Under the pieces are notes generated by a model. It was not told where the DNA came from, made no database searches, and saw only the letters and a list, made by a program, of their open reading frames with translations. Made by a program: the position numbers and the translations under genes. This document shows positions 38,065 through 50,606 of a stretch of DNA of 64,000 nt, piece after piece; the stretch's first letter is position 1; each line of letters begins with the position of its first letter. Where the stretch lies: the NCBI GenBank assembly GCA_030704615.1, contig CM060734.1:3410001-3474000 (forward strand), written 5' to 3'. The DNA is from Takakia lepidozioides (Eukaryota > Plantae > Bryophyta).

Positions 38065-39165
38065 GAACGTCATTTGTTTCTAGAATTCCATATCTTGAAG
38101 AAGAGGAGAGATTCGGCTCCTGTAAGAGGAAATTGAACATCCCACCTGGTTCGGATTCCGATTCGCACAGGGCAGACCGTGATAACTTCTCGAAGCCTCG
38201 TGTTCCCCTGCATGACAGATCCATGTCCGGAACCTCCATTCTGGAGAAACCTCCGACACGACGGCAGGCTCCAGCATCAAACAGTGCCACTGAAATGATG
38301 CAGGAGATAAACTACCCCCTTGATGTGTTGGAGTCCACATGCCCCGACCATGTTTGGCACATAGAACGCACAAGTGCAGGGTCTCGTGTGAAATGTACAG
38401 CGATCAGGGCAACTAATTTCGAAAAGTGCACTTCATCTATATCCAGAGGTGGTGCCCGGACTCCTGCTCCGACTTTCACGGGTTTGATGCGTCCATACGG
38501 CCAACCAGAAGCCAAGAACCACAAGTTCTGGTTTTGCGCAGACGATTGTGGTAGATGTGTGCATGGAACTATGCGTCCTTCCGTGGTGATGAAGCCAGCT
38601 CCTCCAACCGTTTGGCCCGTCAAGGCGGGAACACATCTCACGAGTCAGGAGATTGCAATGCTGGAAGAGGCAGGCTTTTCCCTTGCGAGACAACCCCAAC
38701 TGCATGCATATGCTTCTACTTCTGCATCCTCTCGGGTCCCTCCGGCAAATCCTCACTTGTGGCCAACCAAACGAGATGCTGGTTCGGCGTTTCCCTCCAA
38801 CCGCTGAACACTTCGGCAAAGTGGAGTCCGCAAGAATGCTCCAAGCTCGTGTTGCAAGCACCACGGAAGTGCCCGATCCAGGATATGGTTGGGTGTACAC
38901 AATGATCACTTCGACATCTGTTGTTCATGACAGGGCCTATGACATCACGGTTTCCAATTTCCCCAATTGCACATGTCCTAACTTTGTGAATATGCTATCA
39001 ATCAGTTTGGGCAAGAGAGGTAAATTCATACCCTGCAAACATTTGTATTTCATATTTTTTTAAGAGGATGGTTTGCAATCCCAAACGTGACAACTTCGTT
39101 CACCAGGCCACTCTGAGTTTCAACGAGGTCGATACTCTATTGCAGCGGGATACAACACATAGATA
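38065..39165 (+). pseudogene. C-terminal part of a MULE transposase with SWIM zinc finger
   Basis: YDITVSNFPNCTCPNF...FIPCKHLYFIF (CxC...CxH SWIM), preceded by a Cys-rich segment WHIERTS..KC..C..FWFCADDCGRC. Frameshifts near 38800 and 39060. Confidence 0.75.
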
Positions 39166-40525
39166 GCATCTGCTATGCAATGTAGTATGTGGACGACCAT
39201 GCTATGAAATGTGCAATTTGCAACATTGTCATGGAAATTCAATTCAAATCAATTCGTTTGCAACATCGTCGGCGGTGCAATGATATGGCGTCCCTTATCC
39301 CTCCATTATGCTTCCAACTGTACTGAGTGAGCTCTGAGTGGCAACTTTTAAAAGCACATGCATCATCGCACCTTTCGAAGTTTATATGTTTTCCTGTCGT
39401 TATGCATTGCAATCATCTTTTGAAGATGATCCTAACTCTCATTGTTATTTGTGGAGGGAGCAAGGTCTTCCCGTGGCAGCCTCTATGGCGCATACTTTGT
39501 GAGGATATTTTCTCGTCCTTGTAATTGTAAAAGTGAAACAAACATTTGTAATTGCACAATGTTGGATGCTACAATTGTAGGCCCCATTGTAGTCTTCATT
39601 GTATTCAGGCAAGGATTCCTTGCATTAATCCCACGGTCATAGGACCATCCTCGGTTATAGGCGGCGCATGTTCATGCTGACGTGGCAGATGACGGCGCAG
39701 TGCCACATCAGCATTTGTCGCCATATCAGCCTGATGTCATCACGCTCATGCCACGTCAGCGTGGGTGCACGCTCACGCCACGTCACTCCTGTGTGAGTGT
39801 ACGCTCGCGCGCTCACGCCATTGCGTCGTTGCTTATCACACTAGTTCCTATGCTGACTTGCATCTGCTTCCAACATGCATTCACCTTTTTACCTAGATTG
39901 TTCCACCATTGACTGGGGTCGGAACCGTATTCATTCCAGAGCTTCTCCTCGTCTCTGTTATCTGTTTTTCGATACTTTCCTGTCGACCACATTGGCAGTA
40001 ACATGTCAAAATCACTCCAAAACCACCATAGATCCACCAACGAGCTAACTTGCAGAATTCAACATGAAAATTTAGGGAGGACTCTGATAACAGGGAAAAA
40101 CAGGCTACAATGTATTGAAGAATGTGTCTTCATTAGCAGTGTCTTGTTCTATCAATTGTGCTGCTGCCGTTGCTGTTTCCAGTTGACCATCTACCCACGC
40201 AGGTTTCTTGTAGCTATTGATCCACAGGGAATCAGAAGTAATCTTGTGTTTGAAATCCGGCCCTCTTGGATGAATCTGGATCTCTATCCCTGGTCCTTCA
40301 GCTGTCCCTGTCTGTATACAAATCATGAATACATCCTTAGCCTTGCTGCTAGCAGCTGACACTAACGGCGTGAAGTTCTTCCAGCAAACATCCCAACCCT
40401 AATGGTGACAGGGCAAAACAGACTGAAATAGGTTGAAGAAGAAAGTGCACTCACCACATTGCCCTTGACCTTGTGTCATGACCCATGGAGGATTCAAGTC
40501 TCCAAAGCCTCCATCCTGCGTCCCC

Positions 40526-41030
40526 CGGATGGAAAAACGGCGCCGAATTTCTATCCGAGGCCGGCCGGATGAAGTCGTCTCGGGGGGAGAGGCCGACACC
40601 TGGCCGACAGAGATCATCCCCCGGATGGAAAAACGACGCCGAATTTCCATCCGAGGCAGATGAACTCGTCTCGGGGGGAGAGGTCGACAGAGAGCATCTG
40701 GAGGATGGAAAAACGGTGCCGAATATCCATCCACAGACGCCCGTATCGGCCCTTCATCAACAATTTTCAGTCGTTGCATCAATTTTTTCGCGTTTATTTC
40801 TCTGTTCAGACACTAAACTTAGAGTTTTTTGCCTGCAGACCACTTTTTGGTAGGTTATTCCCACCATTGTCGTCCGCTAGAGACAATTTTGGTGCCGGTT
40901 TTCCATCCATGAGGTGGACCGACTTACCTGCATGATGAAAATTCGGCGCCGGTTTTCCATCCGGCCGCGCTCCGACTTACTTGCAGGATGGAAATTTGCC
41001 GCCGGTTTTCCATCCGGCGGCTCCTGGATG
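40526..41030 (-). repeat. Inverted copy of the type-A palindrome module
   Basis: Reverse-complement homolog of ~13290-13900, including the unique spacer (40740-40910 vs 13575-13750). Confidence 0.88.
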
Positions 41031-43261
41031 AGAACGGATAGAGTACTTCCCAACGAGGAGTAAAAGCGCCGCTGCAAATTAAAAAGAACCATGAGGGTCT
41101 GAGCAAAGCGATCATCGCTTTGTCGCCTGCCAGAGAGGAATCTGCCTAACCGCCAATGCGCATCCCAAGAGCCAGCCATCACGAGCACCATGTAGCAGCA
41201 GGGGAGCAGATTTACACGGCGCATCATCAAGGATCCCTGAAGCACGAGTTCTGTGCTGTGAAATGTGTCGGCCCGCTCAGGGCACAGCTCCTCGATTTCT
41301 CATGCAGGGTGGACGAAAAGTCGCATTTTAGCACGAGATGCACTTTGTCAATGGATGACATCCAATAAAAAGGTATCTTTTAGGGTTAGGGTATAGGCTC
41401 AAGTTTAATAACTGCCATCATTTATAATAAATGATGGTAAAATTACTATCTCTTGGATTAAAATAGGTCACCATTATTCATGTAGTTCATCCAGTTTAGA
41501 TGAAAGAAACAAATGGTAAACCAAGCTTTCTGTACATTAAGTTTCATCATCCTACAATAATATAAGCCAAATTTGGATGAAAAAAGATTGGGATGAAAAA
41601 CCAAATAACCGGCCTCAAAAAGGTTAAGGCCAGATGAAATCCAAAGAGTTATAGAGGGAGAGGGAGAGAGGGAGAGAGAGAGGGACCCACCAGCCAATCC
41701 CCTGGCATGGCAGAACCTTACGGAGTGAGTGTGGTATGCACTCGCCCCGTAAGGGAGTGCATACCAGACCCCTTCTCATAAGGTTTCCCCTCTTCCATGT
41801 AGTTCTATCCTTAGATTATATTATCCAAGGGAGTAGAATCCTACATCCTCTCTTCCTCGGGTCATGAATGAAACATTGGCATAAAGTGTATCATAGCAAG
41901 ACTGGTATAGTATCACGAGAAAAGAACTGAGAGTTCAGTGGTATACTTAGCTCTGGATAGGTACAAGTTTTTAGAAAATACCTTTCAGTTTCTCAATAAG
42001 TTCTTGCACAGGGAAGAACAGGCTAGGGAAGGAACCTCGTCAAGATACAACAACAGCTCAGGTCTGTAGTACCATGCCTGTGATATAGACAAAACATCTT
42101 CTAGCAACAGATTAGAGTTGGGTATTTTCTTATGGTGCCACAAGGAGCAAAGCCATATCTAAGAGAAGTATAGAAGCACTTGATCAAAGGACATGGTAGT
42201 CACTCAATCATAAGATATCTGATTCTGATATAAGGCATCGGCTACATGAGACTAGCTAACAAAAGTAGTGTGCATTGACCGGATCATGTATAAGGTGTAC
42301 ACATACTCCCGTAAGCTGTCTTACCAGGGCTTAGCTCATAATATCGGCATTCAAAAGTCCTTTAGATGCTCTGTGCTTATTTCAGGTATCATCAAGGATG
42401 CCTTACTTTTCATACCCAATCAATCAACCATACTATTGCTGGAGAAGAACATACCTGGCCAAGGGAGATTCATACCCCAGGGCTTTCAGTTCATCATTCC
42501 AGTTTGGAATGTGTTTGTTGCCTATCTGCCAAGGCCCTTCAAAAAATATTGTTAGTACATCAAAATGAGAAGGTGAAACAGGAAAGGAGAAGGGTAGATG
42601 GTGTGTACAAAAACCACTAAGTACACTGATCAGATAAAGAGAGGGAAGATATACATGTCATGTCAGGACATGCACAAGACCACTGAGGTCATTGTCATTG
42701 AAAGACAATGCAGCCCTTTACAGGGCACCATCTAACAACCCTTTTTTTTTTTAACCATCTCATTTGAATACCTCGTTACATTTCAGGGTATCTGAAAAAA
42801 CAGGCTGGGAGGGCGGGATTCCTGGTCATTCATATCATGAAAGCACCATGGGTTTGATATTCATCACCATACTTGTAGATTGTAATCTCATTTCAAAAAC
42901 CCAGATTGCAGATAAATCTCCAGAGCCAAGCATATAGTACTTAAAATTGAAATTGAAACATTAAGACATACATGTCTTAAGCATATTCCAGCCAACCCAT
43001 ACTGGTACATCTGGATCCGGTATTTCTATTGCAGGCCAGCGGAGACGCAAAGCAAGCACAATATAGGGAGTATATTAAGAGACCATATAGAGCTTACCAA
43101 TTTTTTGTCCCAAGAGATTCACTTGGGGTACTTTAGAAAACAGTTTGTAGTCTAAAAAGAGCCCAACAATGTGATGCTTGGTAGTCTATAAATAACCACA
43201 ATGTCTGTTTTACAAGACATAAGACACAAGCAGGATTCATAAAATAAAAACAGGGCCGAGT

Positions 43262-44162
43262 AATCGATACGTGCCAGAAACCCCCACTGAAAGGCAGCGC
43301 AAACCTATTTATTGGCTTAAAATAAATTTAAATTCAATTAAAAATGTGGAATGGCTTGAGGGGGGAGTGCGTCCATGGGGAGGCAAATGATTTATTCGTC
43401 TATTGTGTCTCCGCACATGTGTCGCACACATGTTCAAGCACGTGCGGGCAAAAGAGGGGATTCAACCACAACCGTTCAATGGGTGCAATAGCCGTGCACG
43501 CATTGCAGGATTTCTTTTTCGCATTGAACAAAAACCAGATGACAAGTGAACGCCTCATTGGACAATGGAACGATTTTCGATTGATCTCGTATTACACTGG
43601 GACGTATCAGAGGGTGTACATTGAACACGCTGGCCAAGGTTTGAAAGCGAACGAAAATCATTTGGATGGGCAACCATCCCTTGGCCCATTGAACGAATTT
43701 CGATTGATCTCATATTACTCTGGGGCCTCTTACATGGCACATTGAACATAGTGGCCAAGTCTCAAAGCGAACCAAAATCATTTCGATGGCCAGCCATCCG
43801 TTGAGCCATCGAATGAATTTTCGATTGATCTGATATTAGTCCCGGACCTGTGAGAGGGTGTCTGGAACGTGCTGGCAAAGTTTGGAAGCTAACAAAAATG
43901 ATTTGGATAGGCAACCATCCGTTCACCCGTTGAATGTATTTTGTTGGAGCTGCTATTGCTTTGGGACCTGTTGGACTGTGTTTCGCGTGCTCACGATTTG
44001 TTTTTCATTCCGTTTTTTAATGGGGCGTGTAATGTAGCCATATGCAATGTGCGTGCCAAATTTGGGAGCGATCAAAATTCATTTAGACCCAAAACCACAG
44101 TTTCTTCCTTGTTTTGCACTCCAAACTTGATTTGTGTTCTACTTCGTGCACTCCTCATAGAG
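43262..44162 (-). repeat. Partial unit of the ~1-kb satellite in reverse orientation
   Basis: Reverse complement of the units at 50607-57676. Confidence 0.92.
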
Positions 44163-44468
44163 GGTTAAAGGAAGTCGGATGTGACGTGCGTCCGTTAGTT
44201 GGGTTTGGGAGATATGGTGTTGGTGAATATGTGATAGATAGTTGGTGTTTGTAAGTTTGTGAAATTTGGTGAGCAGGTTGTGATTATGGGTTGGGTTGCA
44301 GTCATCATGAGGGCCAAAAAGGTCATCTTCTATTTGCCAGGTATTGTCTTCATCAGGGAAGCGAGCCCGCTTACACATGTAGTATGTGTCGACACAGGTG
44401 CCATCGAATACGTCAAGCAAGGTTTGGGTTTTGATGCCTAGGATAGCCTCGATGACATAGGCCTCGGG

Positions 44469-46344
44469 CAGGGATGCCTCGGGCAGGGATGCCTCGGTGT
44501 GAGCGCAGCTGGGCTCACGCCACGTCACCGGGCTCACTCCACGACATCGCACGCCCAGGAAGAAGCAGAGTGTATTTCCGCGGAAGAGCACCCTTAACCG
44601 GGGAAACAAGCTCGACGGCACCGATCATCACTTACAGTGCTTCAAGATTTTACAGATCGGCAACGAGGTCAGTTTTTATTTTTAAATTTTTAATTGTTTT
44701 TAGCAGTCAGCCTTATTCCTGCAAAGAAGTGATGATCGGCACCGATCATCACTTACAGTGCTTCAAGATTTTTCAGATCGGCATCGAGGTCATTTTTATT
44801 TTTATTTTTATTTTTTTTGGGTGTAGTGAGTCTTGTTCCTGCAAAGAAGTGGTGATCGGCACCGATCATCACTTACAGTGCTTCAAGATTTTGCAGATCG
44901 GCAACGAGGTTGGGGCTTTATTATTATTATTATTTAGCAGTCAGTCTTGTTCCTGCAAAGAAGTGATGATCGGCACCGATCATCACTTACAGTGCTTCAA
45001 GATTTTGCAAATCGGCAAAGAGGTCAGTTTTTTTTTTTTTTTTTTTTTTGGCAGTCAGTCTTCTTCCTGCAAAGAAGTGATGATCGATACAGTGCTTCGA
45101 GATTTTGCAAACCGGCAACGAAGCCTGTTTTTTTTTGTTTTTTTTAATAATTTAAAAAAAAAATCGTTCAGTCTTATTCCTGCAAAGAAGTGATGATCGG
45201 CACCGATCATCACTTACAGTGCTTCAAGATTTTGCAGAGTATTTTTCATTTCGGCCAGAAATGTGGTTCACATTGTTTTGCTTTCGTGTTTGAGTCCTGC
45301 ATCTTTCCTCCATTGCAAAGTTAGTTGTCCATCAAAACATGACCTTAGGGCTGGAAGGAAGTGATGATCGGCACCGATCATCACTCAAATTGTTGTGTGC
45401 TTTTGCAGAGAAATCTTCATTTCGCCCAGAAATGTGAATTGCATCGTTTTGTTTTTGTGTTTCAGTCCTACCTTTCCCCGATTGAAACTGAAATCTTCAA
45501 GAAAATATGATGATTGGCGGCGATCGTCATATTTAGATCTTCTTCAGGGTGGTACTTGTGAGGTAGTAGAATTCCCATCAGCAGTCACTCTCTGTAGGGA
45601 ATGTGATGATCGCCGGCGATCATCACATTCTCATGTTTTGTGAATTGACATGTTGGGAATTGCATTGGGTTTGCGAGTTCGCATGTACACAAAATATGTG
45701 CTCATAGAGGGAAAACACTTGAGTGGTGTCCCTGATTATCTCGACATGTGGTCGGATCCTCCCAATGACCCAACCATGTACACAGCTGGGATTTTGAAGG
45801 ACTGGAGTCCTGTCCATTTCAGGGACTGCGGATGGTACCTCGACTGCCCTCCTGAGCACACGACGTTTCAAGAACAGCAAATGAAACATATGAACAACCA
45901 TGTGGAAATGTTGGCGCCTCTCGACGAGGACGAGTATCAGAGAAGAATAGCTGCATTGGCCGCGAAGGAGCATAGACTTCTTCATTCGTCTTTGGGTGAC
46001 ATGTTAGCCCGCATAATTGATTTTATTATTAATACCAATTTTTTTGGATCTCCCTTGCAGGAAAGGCAGTTGTGGGTCTTCAGGAGCCTCCATGATGTGG
46101 GATGATTCCGTATTCGACAGCCCCCTGCCCAATTTTTTGCTTCCTATGTATGCAGAAGAAATGGCACTTCGCACATGCATGGTTCCCGTGGTTCAACATG
46201 ACTGGCATGACATGGGAATTGTCAAGGCAATGAGGGTAAATCTTGTTGTGATAAACTTGTAAGCTCGGTCCACTCGAACGTTTGTCAGAGGATAAGGCAT
46301 GCCGGTGTTTGGGGGAAGGCAAGGCTCACGCCGTTGCATCGTTG
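44469..46344 (+). mobile_element. MULE copy 3 with exact 9-bp TSD GGCCTCGGG
   Basis: TSD at 44460-44468 and 46345-46353. Removing the insert restores the LINE frame DPDHPEA-YVIEAILG. Contains type-B palindromes GTGATGATCGGCACCGATCATCAC in ~120-bp units at 44620-45235. Confidence 0.9.
45683..45985 (+). pseudogene. Fragment homologous to a middle exon of the ParB-MTase gene
   Basis: MYTAGILKDWSPVHFRDCGWYLDCPP aligns with MYTDVIVKKWHLEHLRDCPWYVDLPP (ORF 17814-18104). Confidence 0.75.
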
Positions 46345-49300
46345 GGCCTCGGGGTGGTCTGGATCAAGCAGAGGGGTAATCGGGGGACCAGAGGGGGTGG
46401 TAGGGGAGTGACTAGAGTCGGTATGGGGGGAAAGAGGTGGGGATGAAGTGTGGGGGAGAGGGGGGGGGGGGGGGGGGGGGGGGTGTCTAAGGAGCGTCGT
46501 GTATGAGTGTCTTGGGAGTCCTTGAGCCGTTGGAGTATAGAGATTGCGGGGGTTGTACGGTATGCAGGGAGGAGACCTTGTGTGTTGTGTGGGAAGAGTG
46601 AGCACGGGAGGTCGCAATCAAGGGTACAGGAGGCTGTCAGGTGGTAGAAGAGGGAGCGGAGGTATAGCAGGTATCTTCATGTTGTGATGGTGGCACGGGA
46701 ATATTTTATGGTATATTGGCATGGTGTTAATAGCCGGTACCCAGTGGCTGTAGTGAGTTGGGTGAGATTAGTTATATGGCGTTCTTTGAAGTAAGCAAGG
46801 AGGGGTTTCTTTTGACGAGGATGTGAGTTTTCAAATTGTGATAAGAAGGGGCTATTAATCCAGGCACGTTCAAGCGGTGAAATAGTATTGGGGAAACCGG
46901 GGAGGTCAGTTTGTATACTGATTCTCATTTGGCGTAATATATATAGGGAACGGGCGGTGGGGAAGTGAAGGCATGATTGAGGGTGAAGAGAGGGTAGGGA
47001 GTACAGTCCATTGTATTTTGAGGCCAGGTGCTTGAGGAGCCCTCGAAAGATTTGTCCTAGTCGTCATGGGTCATTGAGAGCCTCCTGTAGTTGTGAACCA
47101 AGTGTCCGGGCATATGAGATAATTAGGGGGCTAGATCCTATTCCGTAGCTATCCTGTGGGAGCTAAGTGAGAGCGTTAGGGGTGCTAGTGGGTAGGCCAC
47201 ATATACATTTTGTGAGTTGGATGATTTTTTTGTCAAGTAGTTTGATATCAGGTAATGAGAAGGGGGCCGCATGGAAGGCGTATTGAACCTGTGGATGGAG
47301 GACTTCTTGGATGATGGCTAATTTGGGACGAATGGAGACCGGGGATTTGAGGAGGGCTAAGCTTTTGTTGGTTAGTTTGGAGAGCGTTGTGTTTTTCTGG
47401 ATATGCCAGGTGAGTGAGGGGACTAGCTGGATGCCTAGGTAAGTGTAGGGTTCATACGGACCTAGGAATGGGAAGGGTTTTTGTTGATAGTGTATGTGGA
47501 GTTTGCAATGGGAGGCTATTGTGGATTTAATGAACTTGCTACAGTGAGTGGCTGTAGTAACCGCACATTTGTGTATGCTTAGTTCCATTCCCGACCACTA
47601 GTTGTAGCGAAAAAGTTTGTCAACTTGACGATTGAGATGTTATGGTTTGTGTGCAAGGGGTCGTCCGCATAGGCTGCTGCGGAGATGTCATTGGGGGAGG
47701 TTTTATATTGGTATCCCAGGTTCCCGCAAGCTAGCCATCTTAACAGGGGTTCAAGGAAAATGATAAATAGGTAGGGACTTAGTGTGTCACCTCGGATGGT
47801 GCCGCGTAGGATGGGGATGGGGGGGGTGGAGCCATAATAGGAACCAGAGTATTCGGTAGTGTTGTTGGTGTATATGTTACCGATGAGTTGTATTGCATCT
47901 ATAGGGTATCCTAGGTCGGACATGACCGCTAATAGGTGAGGGTGGTCAAGGGATCCGAAGGCGTTTTTGAAGTCGATGTAGATGAGATAGATATCTTAGT
48001 TAGTTAGTTTTGCGTCTTCGAGGGCGGATAGGACATATTGGATTTGTCTGGTAGTGCTGCATGTTGCACGAAAACCTTCTTGGGGGTCACTTAGGATGCG
48101 GTGTTGTTCGCCATAGGTAGATAACATTTTAGTTAACATGCTTGTAAAGAGTTTATAAATAGTGTTCGCAAGGGCTATGGGCCTATGATATTGAGGTCGG
48201 CAGAGTTTTCTTTTTTAAATAAGAGGATGGTCCGGCTGTGCTTCCAGGAGTGTGGAATACGGTGGAGTTGGTAACAGAGTCGGAAGAATTTAAAGAGGAG
48301 GGAATGGACTTGGGGGTCAAGTGCTTGTAGAATGGCGTTTGGGATGAGGTCTGGGCCCGGGGCTTTAGATATATTTAGATAGTGCTTTTAGACAGGAGTG
48401 ATATAGGTCTATTGTGAAGAGGTCTAGAATATGGTCAGTGGAGGACCACATTTTTCTGTGAAGCCATCAAGGTCGTGCCATGGGTAGTGTTTGACTTTAC
48501 AGAGGCAGTTAGGTGTGTGTTGGCTTGGGTATAAACAGTTTACCACGGTGGGTGTGTATGATAACGAAGCTTGTATCCAGATTTCATTTTTGATGTCTTC
48601 GGGTTTGGTTAGGAAATAACCGAGTCGGTGTGTAAGGCAATTGATGGGCGGATTAATAGCAGGGTTGAAGATGGCTTTATGGGCTCTTTTGGGATGATCA
48701 TGTAGTAGCTTGCCAAAAGATGCAACAATTTTTTTGTGGTTGTCGGTGGCTTTTTGCTTGGTAATAAGATATGCGGCTTTTTTGGCTTCTCTACTTAGTT
48801 TGGAAGCTGAGAGCATACTCACATACACACCATCTTTCCATCTTCCATCTTAATCATGTGTCGCACCGTCCTCACCCTCGATTCATGCTTGATCGAGCGT
48901 CGCAAAAACCCACGCCCGGGCGTGGCGGAGCCCGACTCTTGCTCCTGCTGTTTTTTTTTTTGCCACGCCCAATAATCGCTTGCAGCGACGCACTGGCGTC
49001 ACTTGGCGTACCACCCGGCTTACGCCACGTGTTTTTGGGTTTTAGGATGGGACTCCCGGGCAGGTTAGAAAAAAAAAGGGATGCGACGCCGCGCCGTCGC
49101 CCCCACCAACGCCGTCGGCTGGAGGGCCGCGACGGTGAGACGTCGCTCGAAGGAGACCCCTGCCATCGGCGCGGACGGCCCAAAAAGCGTCGTTCGGCAG
49201 TCGTGGGAGTTGGGGCGGGGGCTCGCGACCCCCATATGTCGCATTTTTGCGACGTCTTTTTGGCAACGCCCATGCGACTGCCGGGCAACTGTCAGGCGTC

Positions 49301-49499
49301 GCAAATTCGGCGCCTACCGCGTGCCCGAAATGCGCGTTTTTTCGACACTGCGGCGTGGCCCGGGCGTCGCAAAGGCCCCCTTTTTCCTGTAGTGGCCGCA
49401 CCTTTTTAAAAACAAAAACAAAATGTGTGACCCCCCTAAGCGGTCGCACCTAATAACAAAAAAGAATTTTTTTGCGACCACCACCGGTTGGTGGTCGCA

Positions 49500-50510
49500 C
49501 CCATTTGCTAAGGATGTGCATGAAGATGCAGCAGTGTTGGCCTACCTTCGTACCGGAGAGACAGCAGCCAGTGTAACTGCTAAGGAAAGAGATCGGATCT
49601 TACAACGAACCAAGAGGTTCAAGTGGGAAGGGACTCACCTACTCCGAGTATGGGAGGATGGACGAGTGAGGATTGTGCCTCATCCAACACAACGAGCGCG
49701 ATTGGTACGCCATGCCCATGAGGAGTTGGGACATTTTGGGGTGCGGGCACACTCATAGTTTGCTGCAAGGACAGTACTGGTGGCGGGGCATGCACATGGA
49801 TGTGCAACAGTTAGTGGCAAGGTGCATGGTGTGTGATAGAGTGCGGGCTTCTTTCAACAATTGCATCATTTACCCATTATGGGTTTGGGCTATCGTTGGA
49901 GTCTTGACTTTGCAGGCCCATTGCCACTAATGATTCACCATAATAAGTATGTGCTGGTGATGGTGGAACATTTCTCCAAGTGGATTGAACTGGTGGCATT
50001 GCCTGACAAGGCAAGTGAGGGGGCTGCGTATGCATTCTTAGATCGAGTGCTTAGCCAATTTGGTGCTCCAGCCGAGGTACTCACGGACCAGGGGAGAGAG
50101 TTCTTGGGAGAGTTTCAGGCTTTGTGTGAGCAAGCCTCGATAGATCACCGCATTACTTCTCGGGATCATCCCGAGGTTGATGGCCTGGCAGAGAGGGTTA
50201 TACAAACAGTCAAGCGAGCCTTGCGCAAGTATGGCTTGTAGAAGGGACACTTGGGAGATTGGGACCTTCAGCTACCTTGGTTGGCCACGGGCTACAGATT
50301 TAGCAAGCAAGCATCACTCGCCTCGTTCTCGCCTTATTTCCTTCTCTTTGGCCGAGAGCCAGATTTGCCTGCATCTATTCGCAGGGAGACTACAGTAGTC
50401 CTGAACCTTGATGATCCGGATGTGTGGACACAAGCATGTGCCCATCGAGCAGAGTTGTTCAAGAGAGTCATGCCTATGGCTTTTGAGAACCATGCTATTG
50501 CCCAAGTACA
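49500..50510 (+). mobile_element. Ty3/Gypsy integrase fragment
   Basis: HEELGHFG...YWWRGM...CMVC (HHCC); WSLDFAGPLP...VEHFSKWIE...FGAPAEVLTDQGREF...GLAER. Confidence 0.9.
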
Positions 50511-50606
50511 CCGAGACACAATGAGGGTTCTGTTTGGTATACTAACAGAGGTATAGTCTAAGCTGATTAGGGTTCACATATGGTGATACCTCCACTAGAA
50601 GCATTC

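Larger units (their letters stand above)
36435..39831 (+). mobile_element. MULE copy 2 (TSD CTTGTCACA/CTTATCACA) carrying a type-B array and the transposase 3' end
   Basis: TSD at 36426-36434 and 39832-39840 (8/9 match). Empty-site paralogs at ~35830-35860 and 62870-62900 (minus strand) read CAACTYATCACACTAGTTCC. Confidence 0.88.
35320..40520 (-). pseudogene. Tandem OSB-type PDF-motif gene fragments (35320-36434 and 39832-40520), interrupted by MULE copy 2
   Basis: KLWNEYxSDPSQWW + PRGPDFKHKITSDSLWINSYKKPAWVDGQL in ~590-bp units. These are reverse-complement homologs of 59640-60100 and 62430-63480. Confidence 0.75.
44163..48850 (-). mobile_element. Degenerate non-LTR retrotransposon: RT followed by a chromodomain, interrupted by MULE copy 3
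   Basis: KAPGPDLIPN, YIDFKNAFGS, GTIRGDTLSPYLFIIFLEPLLRWL, AYADD, YTYLGIQL. Chromodomain-like segment YVIEAILG...YYMCKRARFPDEDNTWQIEDDL at ~44460-44320. Confidence 0.85.

Noticed and set aside
41700-43260. Possible degenerate L1 3' region on the minus strand (LALRLRW-like peptide near 43050)
   Set aside because: A single weak motif and no sustained frame; too little to annotate.
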